From contig NC_090383.1 in the NCBI RefSeq assembly GCF_036365525.1, positions 27,199,914 through 27,263,913 on the forward strand: 64,000 nucleotides of DNA. Direction: 5' to 3'. A program made the position numbers and the translations under genes. Source of the stretch: Heterodontus francisci (taxonomy: Eukaryota). Shown in pieces: positions 1 through 12,189 of the stretch; the stretch's first letter is position 1, and each line of letters starts with the position of its first letter. The notes below the pieces were generated by a model. It was given only the letters and a program-made list of their open reading frames with translations, did not search any database and was not told where the DNA came from.

Positions 1-309
1 GTACCTGTAGAATCTTTTACAGTCCACTTTAATATTTTTTGCTGGCTTACATTCATATTTTATTGTCCCTTTCTTTATCAGTTTCTTTGTCCTCCTTTGC
101 TGTATTCTAAAATCCTCCCAATCCTCAGGTTTACTACTATTTCTGGCAACTTTGTAGGTCTTTTCTTTTAATCTTATAAAATCCTTAACTTCCTTTGAAC
201 TATGTATTTTGTTTAGGAACTCTGGGACTATCCAGGTGGACTGAGAGATGATCTTTACTGATCCTGGCCATTCCTATAACTGGTCACTGGAACTAGATGA
301 CTAAACTAT

Positions 310-512
310 GGCTATTATTTATCCCTCAACCAACATCACTAAAATAGTGACTGATCATTATCACATTGCTGTTTGTGGGAGCTTGCTGTGTGCAAATTGC
401 CTGCTTTATTTCCTATATTATATGAGAGACTGCACTTCCAAAGTACTTCATTGGCTGCAAATTGCCATGCAAGATCATGGAATACATCATATAAATCAAT
501 ATAATCTTTCTT
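310..512 (+). mobile_element. Deu-domain SINE (SacSINE1/AmnSINE-like), 3' part
   Basis: tatttatccctcaaccaacatcactaaa...gtttgtgggagcttgctgtgtgcaaattg...aagtacttcattggctg motif, shared with many other copies in the window. Confidence 0.7.
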
Positions 513-820
513 AACTTCATGTTTCCTGTAACATTGCTGTTCTTGTCCTCTATGGTAAAGGTTGCAGGCTGGGAATGTCTTTCAAAGTCAGTTCGGTGAA
601 TTGCTGCAGTGCCAACCTGTAGATAGTATATACAGCAGCCACAGTACACTGGTGGTGGAGGGGTGGATATTATGTTCAATAGCAAGGACATTGATCAAAA
701 GAACTGCATGGGTCTTGCTGCACCCATTCCAGTGAGTAGTGAGTATTCCATCACATTGCTGATTTGGTTTCCATTGATTCTAGTGATTCACATCAGCCTG
801 ATGGGTATTTAATTCAGGCA

Positions 821-1447
821 TGGCAGCGAGGCCTGGACAACGCATGTCAGCCAAGAGCGATGCCTCAACTCATTCCATCTTCGCTGCCACTGGAGAATCC
901 TTGGCATCAGGTGGCAGGACCGTATCTCCAATGCAGAAGTCCTTGAGGCAGCCAACATCCCCAGCATATACACCCTACTGAGCCAGCGGCGCTTGAGATG
1001 ACTTGGCCATGTGAGCCGCATGGAAGATGGCAGGATCCCCAAGGACGCATTGTACAGTGAGCTCGTCACTGGCATCAGATCCACCGGCCGTCCATGTCTT
1101 CACTTTAAAGACGTCTGCAAATGTGACATGAAGTCCTGTGACATTGACCACAAGTCGTGGGAGTCAGTTGCCAGTGATCGCCAGAGCTGGCGGACAGCCA
1201 TAAAGGCGGGGCTAAAGAGTGGCGAGTCGAAGAGACTTAGCAGTTGGCAGGAAAAAAGACAGAAGTGCAAGGAGAGAGCCAACTGTGTAACAGCCCGGAC
1301 AACCAATTTTATCCGCAGCACCTGTGGAAGAGTCTGTCATTCTAGAATTGGCCTTTATGGCCACTCCAGGCGTTGCTTCACAAACCACTGACCACCTCTA
1401 GGCGCTTACCCATTGTCTCTCGAGACAAGGAGGCCAAAGAAGAAGAA
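821..1447 (+). mobile_element. RTE-clade LINE, 5'-truncated 3' fragment
   Basis: RMEDGRIPKDALYSEL...CGRVCHSRIGLYGHSRRC C-terminus and (AAG)n tail; near-identical to 25705-26346 and 49303-50576. Confidence 0.9.
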
Positions 1448-1679
1448 TGCAATCCAGTCAATCTATTCAGAACTGACACTTCAGGAAGACTAACCAATAT
1501 ATCATGAAAATGAATTGTCCTGCATTATAAGATTGGTCATTTGTTCCTGACCTTTCCTTCTGTATTGTGTATTATTAAGTGTTGTAGTAAGACTTTAGCA
1601 TTATTGATAAATTTGGAAATGAAAACTGGCACAACCTTAGGTTTAATACAATCTTGGAAAAATTCGATAGACAGCTTAC

Positions 1680-2290
1680 CTAAGGCCGTCTTTTTTGGGT
1701 CTGAAAAGTGCCCAGTCTACCTCAAATTACCCTGGAAAGGTATCCCAAAAATTCGAGCAACGGGTAAAGTTAGCTGTTTCACGCTGCTACTATGCAATAG
1801 CAACACGTGTGGTGTTTGCCACTAACAGGATGCTGCCGTCAAGTCAAAAAGACGTTCTGCCTATCACACAAATGAGTAATGAGATATATGAATTTCAATG
1901 CCAGTGTGATGCTAGGCCGTACGCCCCAAAGACTGGCAGATCGTATCAAACAACATGGCCCTTCTGCTGTTTTCAAAGGGCAAGGTACGGGCCGTACACA
2001 ACCAGCCCGTGCTTGCAAAACTCAAAACACAGTGTCCAACATTAGCTGTGATTCCGCAATTGGACAACATTTGCTAAATAATCCACAGTGTGCTAAGAAT
2101 TATGCTGACAACCAATTTAAGATTGTCAGTAGGGCTCGCAGTGTGGCACATTTGTGCAAAATGGAAGCTACATATATTAATACACAGGACCCTGTTCTTT
2201 GTAGACAGAAAGAATATGTACAAACATTGCGCCTGTTTCAGCTGAACAAAATAAGAGACAGCCATTCGCTGGTTCATTCCCTCAGGGCAA
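1680..2290 (+). mobile_element. Penelope-like element, GIY-YIG endonuclease region (left part, split by a LINE)
   Basis: VYLKLPWKG...IYEFQCQCDAR/GRTPQRLADRIKQH...SAIGQHLL...EATYI is a frameshifted GIY-YIG signature. Confidence 0.85.
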
Positions 2291-5200
2291 GGGGAGGTGG
2301 CGGTGTAGTGGTACTGTCACTAGACTAGTAACCCAGAGAGCCAGGGTATTGCCCTGGGGACAAGAGTTCGAATCCCACCACAGCAGAAGGTGGAATTTGA
2401 ATTCAATTAATAAATCTGGAATTAAAAAGCTAGTCTAATGAAACCATTGTCGATTGTTGTAAAAACCCATCTGGTTCACTAATGTCATTTAGAAGGAAAT
2501 CGACTGGCCTACATGTGACTCCAGACCCACAGCAATGTGGTTGACTCTTACATGCCCTCTGAAATGGCCCAGCAAGCCACTCAGTCGTACCTATAAAAAG
2601 AATGAAACAGGACGGACCACCCGACATCGACCTCGGCACCGGAAACGACAATGGCAAGCCCAGCCCTGTCGACCCTGCAAAATCCTCCTTACTAACATCA
2701 GGGGGCTTGTGCCAAAGTTGGGAGAGCTGTCCCACAGACAAGTCAAGCAACAGCCTGACATAGTCATATGCATGGAATCATACCTTACAGACAATGTCCC
2801 AAACACTGCCATCACAATCCCTCAGTATGTCCTGTCCCACCAGCAGAGGTGGCAGCACAGTCGTATACAGTTGGGAGGGAGTTGCCCTGGGAGTCTTCAT
2901 GGCATCAGGTCAAACATGGGCAAGGAAACCTCCTGCTGATTACCACCTACCCCACTCTGTCAGCTGATGAGTCAGTACTCCTCCATGTTGAACACCACTT
3001 GGAGGAAGCACTGAGGGTGGCAAGGGGGCAGAATGTACTCTGGGTGGGGGACTTCAATGCCCATCACCAAGAGTGGTTCGGTAACACCACTACTGACTCA
3101 GTCAGCCAAGACCTAAAGGACATAGCTGCTAGACTGGGAACACAGCAGGTGGTGAGGGAATCAACAAGAGGGAAAAACATATTTGACCTCATCCTCACCA
3201 ATCTGCCTGCCGCAGATGCATCTGTCCATGACAGTATTGGTAGGAGTAACCACCGCAAAGTCCTTGTGGAGACGAAGTCCTGCTTTCACATTGAGGATAC
3301 CACCCACCACCACCCCCCCCCCACCCCCACCACCACCAAGCTAAATGGGATAGATTTTGAACAAATCTAGCAATGCAAAACTGGGCATCTATGAGGCGCT
3401 GTGGGCCATCAGCAGTAGCAGAATTGTACTCAACCACACTCGGTAACCTCATGGCCTGGCATATCCCCTACTCTACAATTACCATCAAGCCAGGAGACTA
3501 ACCCTGGTTCAATGAAGAGTGCAGGAGGGCATGCCAGGAGCAGCACCAGGCATACCTCAAAATGAGGTGTCAACCTGGTGAAGCTACAACACAGGACTAC
3601 TTGCGTGCTAAACTGCGTAAGCAGCACACAATAGACAGAGCTAAGCGATCCCATAACCAACGGATCAGATCTAAGCTCTGCAGTCCTGCCACATCCAGCC
3701 GTGAATGGTAGTGGACAATTAAACAACTAACTGGAGGAGGTGGCTCCACAAATATCCCCATCCTCAATGATGGGGTGCCCAGCACATCAGTGCGAAAGAT
3801 AAGGCTGAAGCATTTGCAACAATCTTCAGCCAGAAGTGCTGAGTTGCTGATCCATCTCAGCCTCCGCCTGAAGTCCCCAGCATCACAGATGCCAGACTTC
3901 AGCCAATTCAATTCACTCCGCGTGATATCCAGAAACGACTGAAGGCACTGGATACTGAAAAGGCTATGGGCCCTGACAATATTCGGGCAATAGTACTGAA
4001 GACCTGTGCTCCAGAACTTGCTGCACTCCTAGCCAAGCTGTTCCAGTACAACTACAACACTGGCATATAACCGGCAATGTGGAAAATTGCCCAGGTATGT
4101 CCTGTACACAAAAAGCAGAACATGTCCAACCCGGCCAATTACCGCCCCATCAGTCTACTCTCAATCATCAGTAAAGTGATGGAAGGTGTCATCAACAGTG
4201 CTATCAAGTGGCACTTGCTTAGCAATAACCTGCTCAGTGACACTCAGTTTAGGTTCCGCCAGGGCCACTCAGCTCCTGACCTCATTACTGCCTTGGTTCA
4301 AACATGGACAAAAGAGCTGAACACAAGAGATGAGGTGACAGTGACTGCCTGTGACATCAAGGCAGCATTTGAAACAGTATGGTCAAAACTAGCAAAACTG
4401 AAGTCAATGTGAATCGGGGGGAAAACTCTCCGCTGGTTGGAGTCATAGCTCGCGCAAAGGAAGATGGTTGTGGTTGTTGGAGGTCAATCATCTCAGCACC
4501 AGGACATCACTGCAGGAGTTCCTCAGGGTAGTGTCCTAGGCCCAATCATCTTCAGTTGCTTCATCAATGAGCTTCCTTCAATCATAAGGTAAGAAGTGGG
4601 GATGTTCGCTGATGATTGCACAATGTTCAGCACCATTCGCAACTCCTCAGATACTGAAGCAGTCCGTGTAGAAATGCAGCAAGACCTGGACAATATCCAG
4701 ACTTGGGCTGATAAGTAGCAAGTAACATTCGTGCCACATAAGTGCCAGGCAATGACCATCTCCAACAAGAGAGAATCTAACCATCAACCCTCGATATTCA
4801 ATGGCATTACCATCGTTGAATCCCCCACTATCAATATCCTAGGGGCTACCATTGACCAGAAACTGAACTGGAGTAGCCATTTAAATACCGTGGCTACAAG
4901 AGCAGGTCAGAGGCTAGGAATCCTGCAGCGAGTAACTCACCTCCTGACTCCCCAAAGCCTGTCCACCATCTACAAGGCACAAGTCAGGAGTGTGATGGAA
5001 TACTCTCCACTTGCCTGGATGGGTGCAGCTCCAACAACACTCAAGAAGCTCAACATCATCCAGGACAAAGCAGCCCACTTGATTGGCACCCCATCCACAA
5101 ATATTCACTCCCTCCACCACTGACGCACAGTGGCAGCAGTGTGTACCATCTACAAGATGCACTGCAGCAACGCACCAAGGCTCCGTAGACAGCACCTTCC

Positions 5201-5503
5201 AAACCCGCAACCTCTTGCAACTAGAAGGACAAGGGCAGCAAATGCATGGAAACACCAACATCTGCAAGTTCCCCTCCAAGTCACACACCATCCTGACTTG
5301 GAACTATATCGCCATTCCTTCACTGTCGCTGGGTCAAAATCCTGGAACTCCCTTACTAACAGCACTGTGGGTGTACCTACCCCACATGGACTGCAGCGGT
5401 TCAAGAAGGCAGCTCACCACCACCTTCTCAAGGGCAATTAGGGATGGGCAATAAATGCTGGCCTAGCCAGCGACGCCCACATCCCATGAATGAATTTTTA
5501 AAA
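2291..5503 (+). mobile_element. Apparently full-length but decayed CR1-group LINE (APE+RT, no ORF1) with a tRNA-like 5' head
   Basis: A-box 2298-2311 and B-box 2364-2376. ORF from ATG 2535 enters an APE domain (TNIRGL, PDIV..ESYL, GDFNAH, DLILTN). RT motifs YRPISLLS, GVPQGSVLGP, FADD. Tail cccatgaatgaat. Many stops and frameshifts. Confidence 0.88.
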
Positions 5504-5757
5504 TTGCCTCGACCAATTAGAGTCAAGCTGCCTGGTTTAAATTTTAAACAAAGCTTGGAAGTTAACTGTCAGTCACCGTATACTGGTGCATTTGCCATGG
5601 CAATGCCTTTACCAATCAGAGTTCATTTGCCAACCAATCAGCACTCTCTTCTCATGCACTTTGTGTTGTTGTTTTCCCTCACATTGGTTATTCTTGCGAT
5701 TGTCCTGATGATGAAAAGCTTTGACAACATGTCTCTATTTTCAGCAATACTCAAGTT
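5504..5757 (+). mobile_element. Penelope-like element, 3' terminal part (continuation of 1680-2290)
   Basis: Appears to resume the element interrupted at cagggcaa|...|tgcctcgaccaat. Contains a shortened hammerhead-like CTGATGA..GAAA core at about 5705-5717. Confidence 0.6.
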
Positions 5758-6284
5758 GTTCTAAGAACTTTCTTTGTGTTGTATAATTGCTATTTTTTGC
5801 TTGTGTTTGTGTTTTTCATTTCCATGGTACTGTAAGCTGGGACAGTGGACAAAGCTCACCTCTTATTGGTATAAGCAGCCCTTTAGATGATGTTAGACAT
5901 GATATTCTTTGCCAATATGGCAGGTTGGCTAAGTCAGCACAGAGAATTGTCTGTTGAAACTATTAAAACATTAACCAAATTAACTCATGCATTTTTAAAC
6001 AGTGTGAGAATACCCTAAGGCACAATAAAAACAATTTTAAAATGTCTAATCCAATGCAACACTTGTTATCTAAAGTGCAAAATGCTCACCTGCTGCCGTA
6101 AAATATTCATTATTAATAAAACAGTCCATGGTTATTATGTATACACATCCCAACAGTTTTTCTTTTTCTTTTCCCTCAACAATTTTATCCCCTCCTTTCC
6201 TATAGCATTGACTCCTAATTGGAGCACAGTTACCATCGTACATGTCAGGCTTGGGTATGGCACGCTTTACACCTGCTATTTGTT

Positions 6285-6460
6285 TGTCGCTATCGCTGGG
6301 TCAAAATCCTGGAACTCCCTTCCTTACAGCACTGTGGGTGTACCTCCCTCACATGGACCGCAGCGGTTCAAGAAGGCAGCTCACCACCACCTTTTCAAGG
6401 GCAATTAGGGATGGGCAATAAATGCTGGCCTAGCCAGCGATGCACACATCCCTTGAACGA
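6285..6460 (+). mobile_element. 3' tail fragment of the tRNA-headed CR1-group LINE family
   Basis: Near-identical to about 5325-5490. Confidence 0.85.
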
Positions 6461-6710
6461 ATCTCAGCCCAGTCCGATCCGGTCCTTTCACACCATTCAC
6501 ATGCAAGCATTCCCAGCAGGGGTCACTGGTTGGCTGGAGAGCCTGCCCATTTTTTTTCCTCACTGTGCACAATTTGGCTGCCGCATTTCCTACATTACAA
6601 CAGTGACTGCATTTCAAAAATACTTGATTGGCGGTAAAGTGTTGTGGGGCATTGTGAGGTTGTGAAAGGTGCTAAATAAATGCAATTTCTATGCTCTCTA
6701 TTTCACACCA

Positions 6711-7360
6711 TGGGGAGGATTTTAAGGCTCCACTGGGGTGGCGGGCAGTTGGAGAATTTCACACCGCTGGCCAGCATGTCAGTTCTCTAGCACTATCCCG
6801 TCCCCGGACCATTTTCCTGAAGGTGGGAAAGGGGGGGGGGGGAGAGGGGGCAGCAGGACTACCATAGTTAAGGGCCTATTAAGGCACCTTGAAGGAGGCC
6901 AACTGGGGCTTTCCAGTTGGTCTCCAGGTTTCCAGAGGTGGCGCGGTCAGTTTAGTTGCCTGAAGGCTGCTTCCCAACGGCAGACCAGGGAGGCCAGTGC
7001 TCCAGGCAGGCTCAGAGGCCCTCCATGCCTGCCTGGGTGCAGCAGCAGCAGTAGAATGCCCTGTAGCGTGGTTCCCATCCCACAGCAATGGTCTGCTGCA
7101 AAGTTAATTTTTTATTTTAAGCTTAAAGAAGTTGGAGAGAGGGCGCCTGCTCCCTCAATTACCTGCCATGGCATCCTGCTGTCGCTTCCAAGCTGGCAGG
7201 CCTCTGATTAGCCCTCCAGCTTCAAGAGCCCACCCACCATCCTTAACTGGACAGTGAGCCCACCATGTGGCTATTAATGGAGAGAAAATCACACTGCTTC
7301 CCACATAGTGCAGGCTTCTGACGGCGGGACTCAGACGCCCACAGGGAAAATCCTTGCCCC
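6711..7360. mobile_element. GC-rich non-autonomous DNA transposon (MITE-like)
   Basis: Imperfect terminal inverted repeats ggggaggatttt...aaaatccttgcccc; no credible ORF. Confidence 0.5.
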
Positions 7361-7441
7361 ATGACTTATCGTGGCTAGCTGCTATTTGAATCATTTAGTA
7401 AGAATTCTAGTCCACCTATCACACCTGAGCAAAATAAACTA

Positions 7442-7714
<273 letters not shown>

Positions 7715-8682
7715 TTAACGGGGAAGGCAGAGCAACGAATTAGACACACCGTTAGATTCATTACCTGAGCGACCGCAAAGTATCCGAAGGATGTTAAAAA
7801 TACCAGAAGGGTCCCCATTTTCCCGGAAGTTTTAAATAATGCAAGCCTGTCTAAATAAAGAACTAATCCAAACGTGACCTTGGCGAAGTTCTTCCAGTGT
7901 AAAGGCGATTTCAGACTATGCTTAACCGAACCTCTTTAGATTTAACGATATTTAGATACCAAAAATAACAAGTGGCTGTACGCTGAAAGCCTTGTCGAGC
8001 AGGAATCAGTTTTCTGTCTTCGCTCCCCCCACTCCTTAAAAAAGTTATATTTCTACAAATAATTTGGTCTTGCTGTCAGGACCAGAACTCTCTTTTTCAA
8101 TGTTGTTGGTGCATTTTAAAAGGGTTAATTTATTTTATCATATTTATCAATCAAATAAGGTGGGAGTGTACAGTGACACTACAAGTTGTACAGGGCCTTT
8201 TAGGCTGGCTTCATACTAACATATTATAAAAATACTGTAATATAATAAAGTTTCTAACAGTATGAAAATATTATGCATACTATATGGTGCACGAAATTGT
8301 AATGTTTACGTGTATTACACAATATATATAAACTGAAATAATGTAACGTGTATTACATTTGATTTATTAAACAATCTGAAATAATACAATGTGTATTTTA
8401 TTCATATAATTTCAAATTATACATTATGTTAAATATATTTAGCATAATGTATAATATAAAATCATATAATTTCCTTTTGCTGGGCAGTATTTGCTTTATT
8501 CTATTCCAAGAAGAGCACCTAATGTGAACTTCTTTTAAACTGGTGACAGTCCGCCTACATGTCTTACTGGCCCAGTAAGCACGTTCCCATTCGGGGTCTC
8601 GTTCATGGCGCCGACCAAATTTTCTCTCTCTGCTGATCTCGCCGGGCTATGTTTAACCGGAGCCTGGGGGAACCCTGCTCAC

Positions 8683-8885
8683 CTTGATTTTCGTTCGCAA
8701 AGCGTTGCGCTTTTTGAATTCCGGTCCCAGAACTTGCTCCTCCGCATTCTCCTGCTCCGGTTCGGTCTTGTAAGGGAGGCGGCGCTCGTCTGAATCGTTC
8801 AGCAGTTTGTCCAAATCAGTTGTTCCGGGTGCTGGATCCTCGCTCGTTCGTTTTTCTTGGTAACTCAGGAAACAACTCAGATTGA
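8683..8885 (-). CDS. OVOL2: OVOL2 coding exon 2
   Basis: Acceptor ttttatatttccag and donor AAG|GTGAGC. Open 203-nt frame VNLSCFLSYQEK...KKRNALRTKIK ends in the OVOL-typical RxKIK. Phases fit exons 1 and 3. Confidence 0.9.
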
Positions 8886-9711
8886 CTGGAAATATAAAAA
8901 TAAAATCTTAACACAATAGTCAGTTAACCAGCAAGGGATGGCCTTGTGTCTTAGACCAGTTTAAACAGTGGGACTGAGCTGTTTTCTTTTTCTTGGCTTG
9001 TTTGAGTTTGGGGTGTTGTCTGGCTCTGCAGGGTTTTTTTAAAATCAATGTTTCACTGAAAGGAATGCAACGTGATACAAGCAATGGATTCAAACTTTAA
9101 ACGGCGGCGGTGGGGAAGGAGTAGGATCCCGGGTTCCGTTATGTTTACACTGGGAAGATGCAGCCAAAGCGAGAAGGGGGGCCCCGTTTGAAAGAATCAG
9201 AGTCTGTCTCGGTGCTGCTAACAGGTTGATGACTGATGGAATCAGAGAACACAAAGTACACCCCGTAATGTAAACACAGCCCGCCTTTTTACAGGATTCC
9301 TGAATCCGGGAGCATTTTTAATACATGACCTTTATAAGCATGTTGTCCCCTCTTGTGAGAGAAGCCTGTCCAAATGAGAGGGGTCTGCCTTCAGAGCGGA
9401 TGAAGCGTTCGCTGTTCCGCAATGTTGATCAGCATGAGATTAAGGCGCCTGTTGCACAGGGTTGATTTGCAATAGGTGTTGGACCTTGTATTCAAGCTCC
9501 GAGCCCTCGGAAGAGAGAGGTTGCAAAGTTGCCTACAACAAACCCATCCTGTGATCCCATATTGAAGGGGCTATTTTATTGTTTGGACCTGATTGATCGC
9601 TCTCCCAATTTCCTGCGTCTCTCTGCCCACCACACCCCCCCTCCTCTCTCTTTCTTTCTCCTTACCCCGGTCAAACCCGTTCGGTAGAAGACTCTCCCTG
9701 TTTTGTTTCAC

Positions 9712-9811
9712 CTGGTATGTAGGTGTCGGCTCGCTCCTCGTCGGGCAGTTCATTCCAGTCGCGGACCTCCGGATAAGGGTCCTTCCTTTTCACCAGGAAG
9801 GCTCTGGGCAT
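9712..9811 (-). CDS. OVOL2: OVOL2 (ovo-like zinc finger 2) coding exon 1, SNAG motif
   Basis: ATG at 9811 gives MPRAFLVKRKDPYPEVRDWNELPDEERADTYIP: an N-terminal SNAG motif plus the OVOL2-type WxELPDExRADTYIP. 100 nt, phase-1 donor CAG|GTGAAA. Confidence 0.95.
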
Positions 9812-10330
9812 GTTGCAGGCGGTCGGCGGTGATGAAGAAGAAGCCGGATACCCTACTCCTTCCACCTGACCCTTTTTTTTTCATACAAACCGGATCCTTC
9901 CCAAAGCAAGGCCAGGTGTTTTAGAAGACGGTGGCTGTTCCTGAGATTTTCTTAGTCCCTTAATTGAACTGTTGGCGTTTTTTTTCGGGGGGGGGGGTAG
10001 AAGAAATGGTGTTTAGTTAAGATCCACTCACACCTGGCGAGCTACCTTTGCGGTAACAGGAAAAGTTTGCTCCAGTAATTGAAAATACAACAGGAAATTT
10101 GGGAGGGCGCATGCGTGCTGAGAAAATAACGGTGTCAACAAGCCCTTGTACCTGTCGGACCGGTTGGTACAGCTTTGCCTAGGTTCCCTGCCCCTCTCAC
10201 ATATGAATGTTTGCGAAACGTCCAACTCTGCAAAGACCTTTGTTGGTTTTTCCGTATTAGATAATGTGTGAATATGCTTCTCCGGACACAGAATCGGACA
10301 GGAATTCTCAGAAATCGACTGAACAATGCT
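9812..10330 (-). promoter_or_regulatory. OVOL2 5'UTR/proximal promoter region
   Basis: Repeat-free, CpG-retaining DNA upstream of the ATG. Motifs: CACCTG 10031-10036, GCGCATGCGT 10107-10116, TAACGG 10127-10132, GACCGGTT 10158-10165. TSS cannot be determined. Confidence 0.55.
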
Positions 10331-10662
10331 AACATTAATCATTAAACTTTTTTACTCTTTCCAACCTTCTCTCTTTCTCTGCTCAATATTTTCCTATAAA
10401 GTTCTCTGAAATTATTTAAAATCCAGACAAGCTGGCTAAACTGAGTTGCGTTCACACTGTTGGGGATTTTCAAATGCTGGATTGCGCTGGGGTCGAGTAC
10501 AAGCACTAAAGATGCATACCTGGATTACAAATGCCTCGGAGGGGTTTACAGACATGCAGCAGCCTTCCTGTGAAGATGAAATCTGAGATCATATCACCTC
10601 TTGTAATAGGGCTGGCCCATCTAGGAGACAGGAAAACGGTTCACGGCAGACAATATTACAAG

Positions 10663-11034
10663 TTTTTTTTTAGATTAGAGATACAGCACTGAAACAGGCC
10701 CTTCGGCCCACCGAGTCTGTGCCGAACATCAACCACCCATTTATACTAATCCTACACTAATCCCATATTCCTACCAAACATCCCCACCTGTCCCTATACT
10801 TCCCTACCACCTACCTATACTAGTGACAATTTATAATGGCCAATTTACCTATCAACCTGCAAGTCTTTTGGCTTGTGGGAGGAAACCAGAGCACTCGGAG
10901 AAAACCCACGCAGACACACTGAGAACTTGCAAACTCCACACAGGCAGTACCCGGAATCAAACCCGAGCTGTGAGGCTGCGGTGCTAACCACTGCACTGCA
11001 AACCACTACGGTGCTAACGACTGCGTCACTGTGA
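10663..11034 (-). mobile_element. HE1/V-SINE-like tRNA SINE with CR1-type tail
   Basis: Reverse complement of the copy at 24987-25318; the head end is partly duplicated. Confidence 0.85.
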
Positions 11035-11958
11035 AGTTTGTGAAGCTTTCTCCTCAGCTTAAACCCACAATATATCTTCCAGAAACCTAATTCTAAAACA
11101 TTATTTTGTCACGGATCACGTGTAAAGTTTTCAACAGTGGATACTTGTGTCTAAATAAAACACACACTTTTTTATGCATCCTATTTTAAAAGCCGCCAGG
11201 GTGTTCGGTAAATGCACACAGTTGGTTAAACGGGATAAGTCGACACTCGTGTAATTATTTCAGTCTCCCTCTGGAGCTTTCGCTGAAAAAGAGCTCCCTT
11301 TCCCTGGAGCAGGACACATGACTGCTTTGCTTAGCAAATCATCCTTGGTTTGTTCATGCATTGTGCTGGTTCCAAACCTGCAGTTGCAGGATATCAGGTA
11401 GTTCCACCCACTCACCACAGTTTAACTCAGATGGATTAATTGTTTTCTACATGTACACGCCGAGTAATTTATACCTTGGACTCCTGGCATATTTTTCCTA
11501 AAATCTAATATGTTTCTTTGTTAAATCGACACAGTAAAATTGACACCTATAATTGGGATTTAAGGAGTTTTGACATACTAAGGGTAATCCCCAACGTCCC
11601 AACCTAGTAACGGATTCATAAACTTACATTTCCATGTAAGATATGCCTCCCTTTTAAACGCTATTCCACGTGATTTGTCTTTTTATTTAACGGACAGACA
11701 ATAACCGTCCGGTGTTGCTGGTGGTCTGGAGAATAGATTGTTTTGTTGGATCAATATTTAGCTCATCCAAAGTTTTTTTTTGAAATGTTGCACGAATACA
11801 CAAAAATAATAAATCGCAATGTAAACACTGCATTTGATTAAACAAATTAAACACACAAAAACAATCTTCCAGCATGCAGGAAAGCGTCTTCCCAGATAAT
11901 TTTTTATCGGAACTTGTGATAAAAACGAATTAAAAGAAGCACATTTTATTGGAAATTC

Positions 11959-12189
11959 AAAAGCAAAATACTGCCGATGCTGAAATAAAACCGAAAAAGC
12001 TGGAAATACTCCGCAGGTCCGGCACTATCTGAGAGGAGAGAAACAGCGAATCAGGTTTGTGACCTTTCATCAGAACTGATGAAGGGTTCTGCGAAAAGGT
12101 CACCGACATGAAACGGTAACTCTGTTTCTCTCTCCACAGATGCTGCCTGACTTGCTGAATATTTCCAGCATTTTCTGTTTTTATTGCAC
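11959..12189. repeat. Palindrome made of two inverted Penelope-like terminal segments
   Basis: 11981-12048 is an imperfect inverse of 12120-12189. Central hairpin cctttcatcag-aa-ctgatgaagg. Resembles the element ends at 32450-32550 and 18765-18890. Confidence 0.7.

Noticed and set aside
2291-2385. Possible tRNA genes here and at 24987, 34644 and 21753
   Set aside because: No complete cloverleaf, and each continues into a retroelement body, so they are tRNA-derived heads.
8215-8480. Very AT-rich tract with short direct repeats in OVOL2 intron 2
   Set aside because: Low-complexity sequence with no definable structure.
9812-9865. In-frame N-terminal extension of OVOL2 in the ORF track
   Set aside because: It starts at GTG, and SNAG motifs need to be at the extreme N-terminus, so ATG 9811 is preferred.
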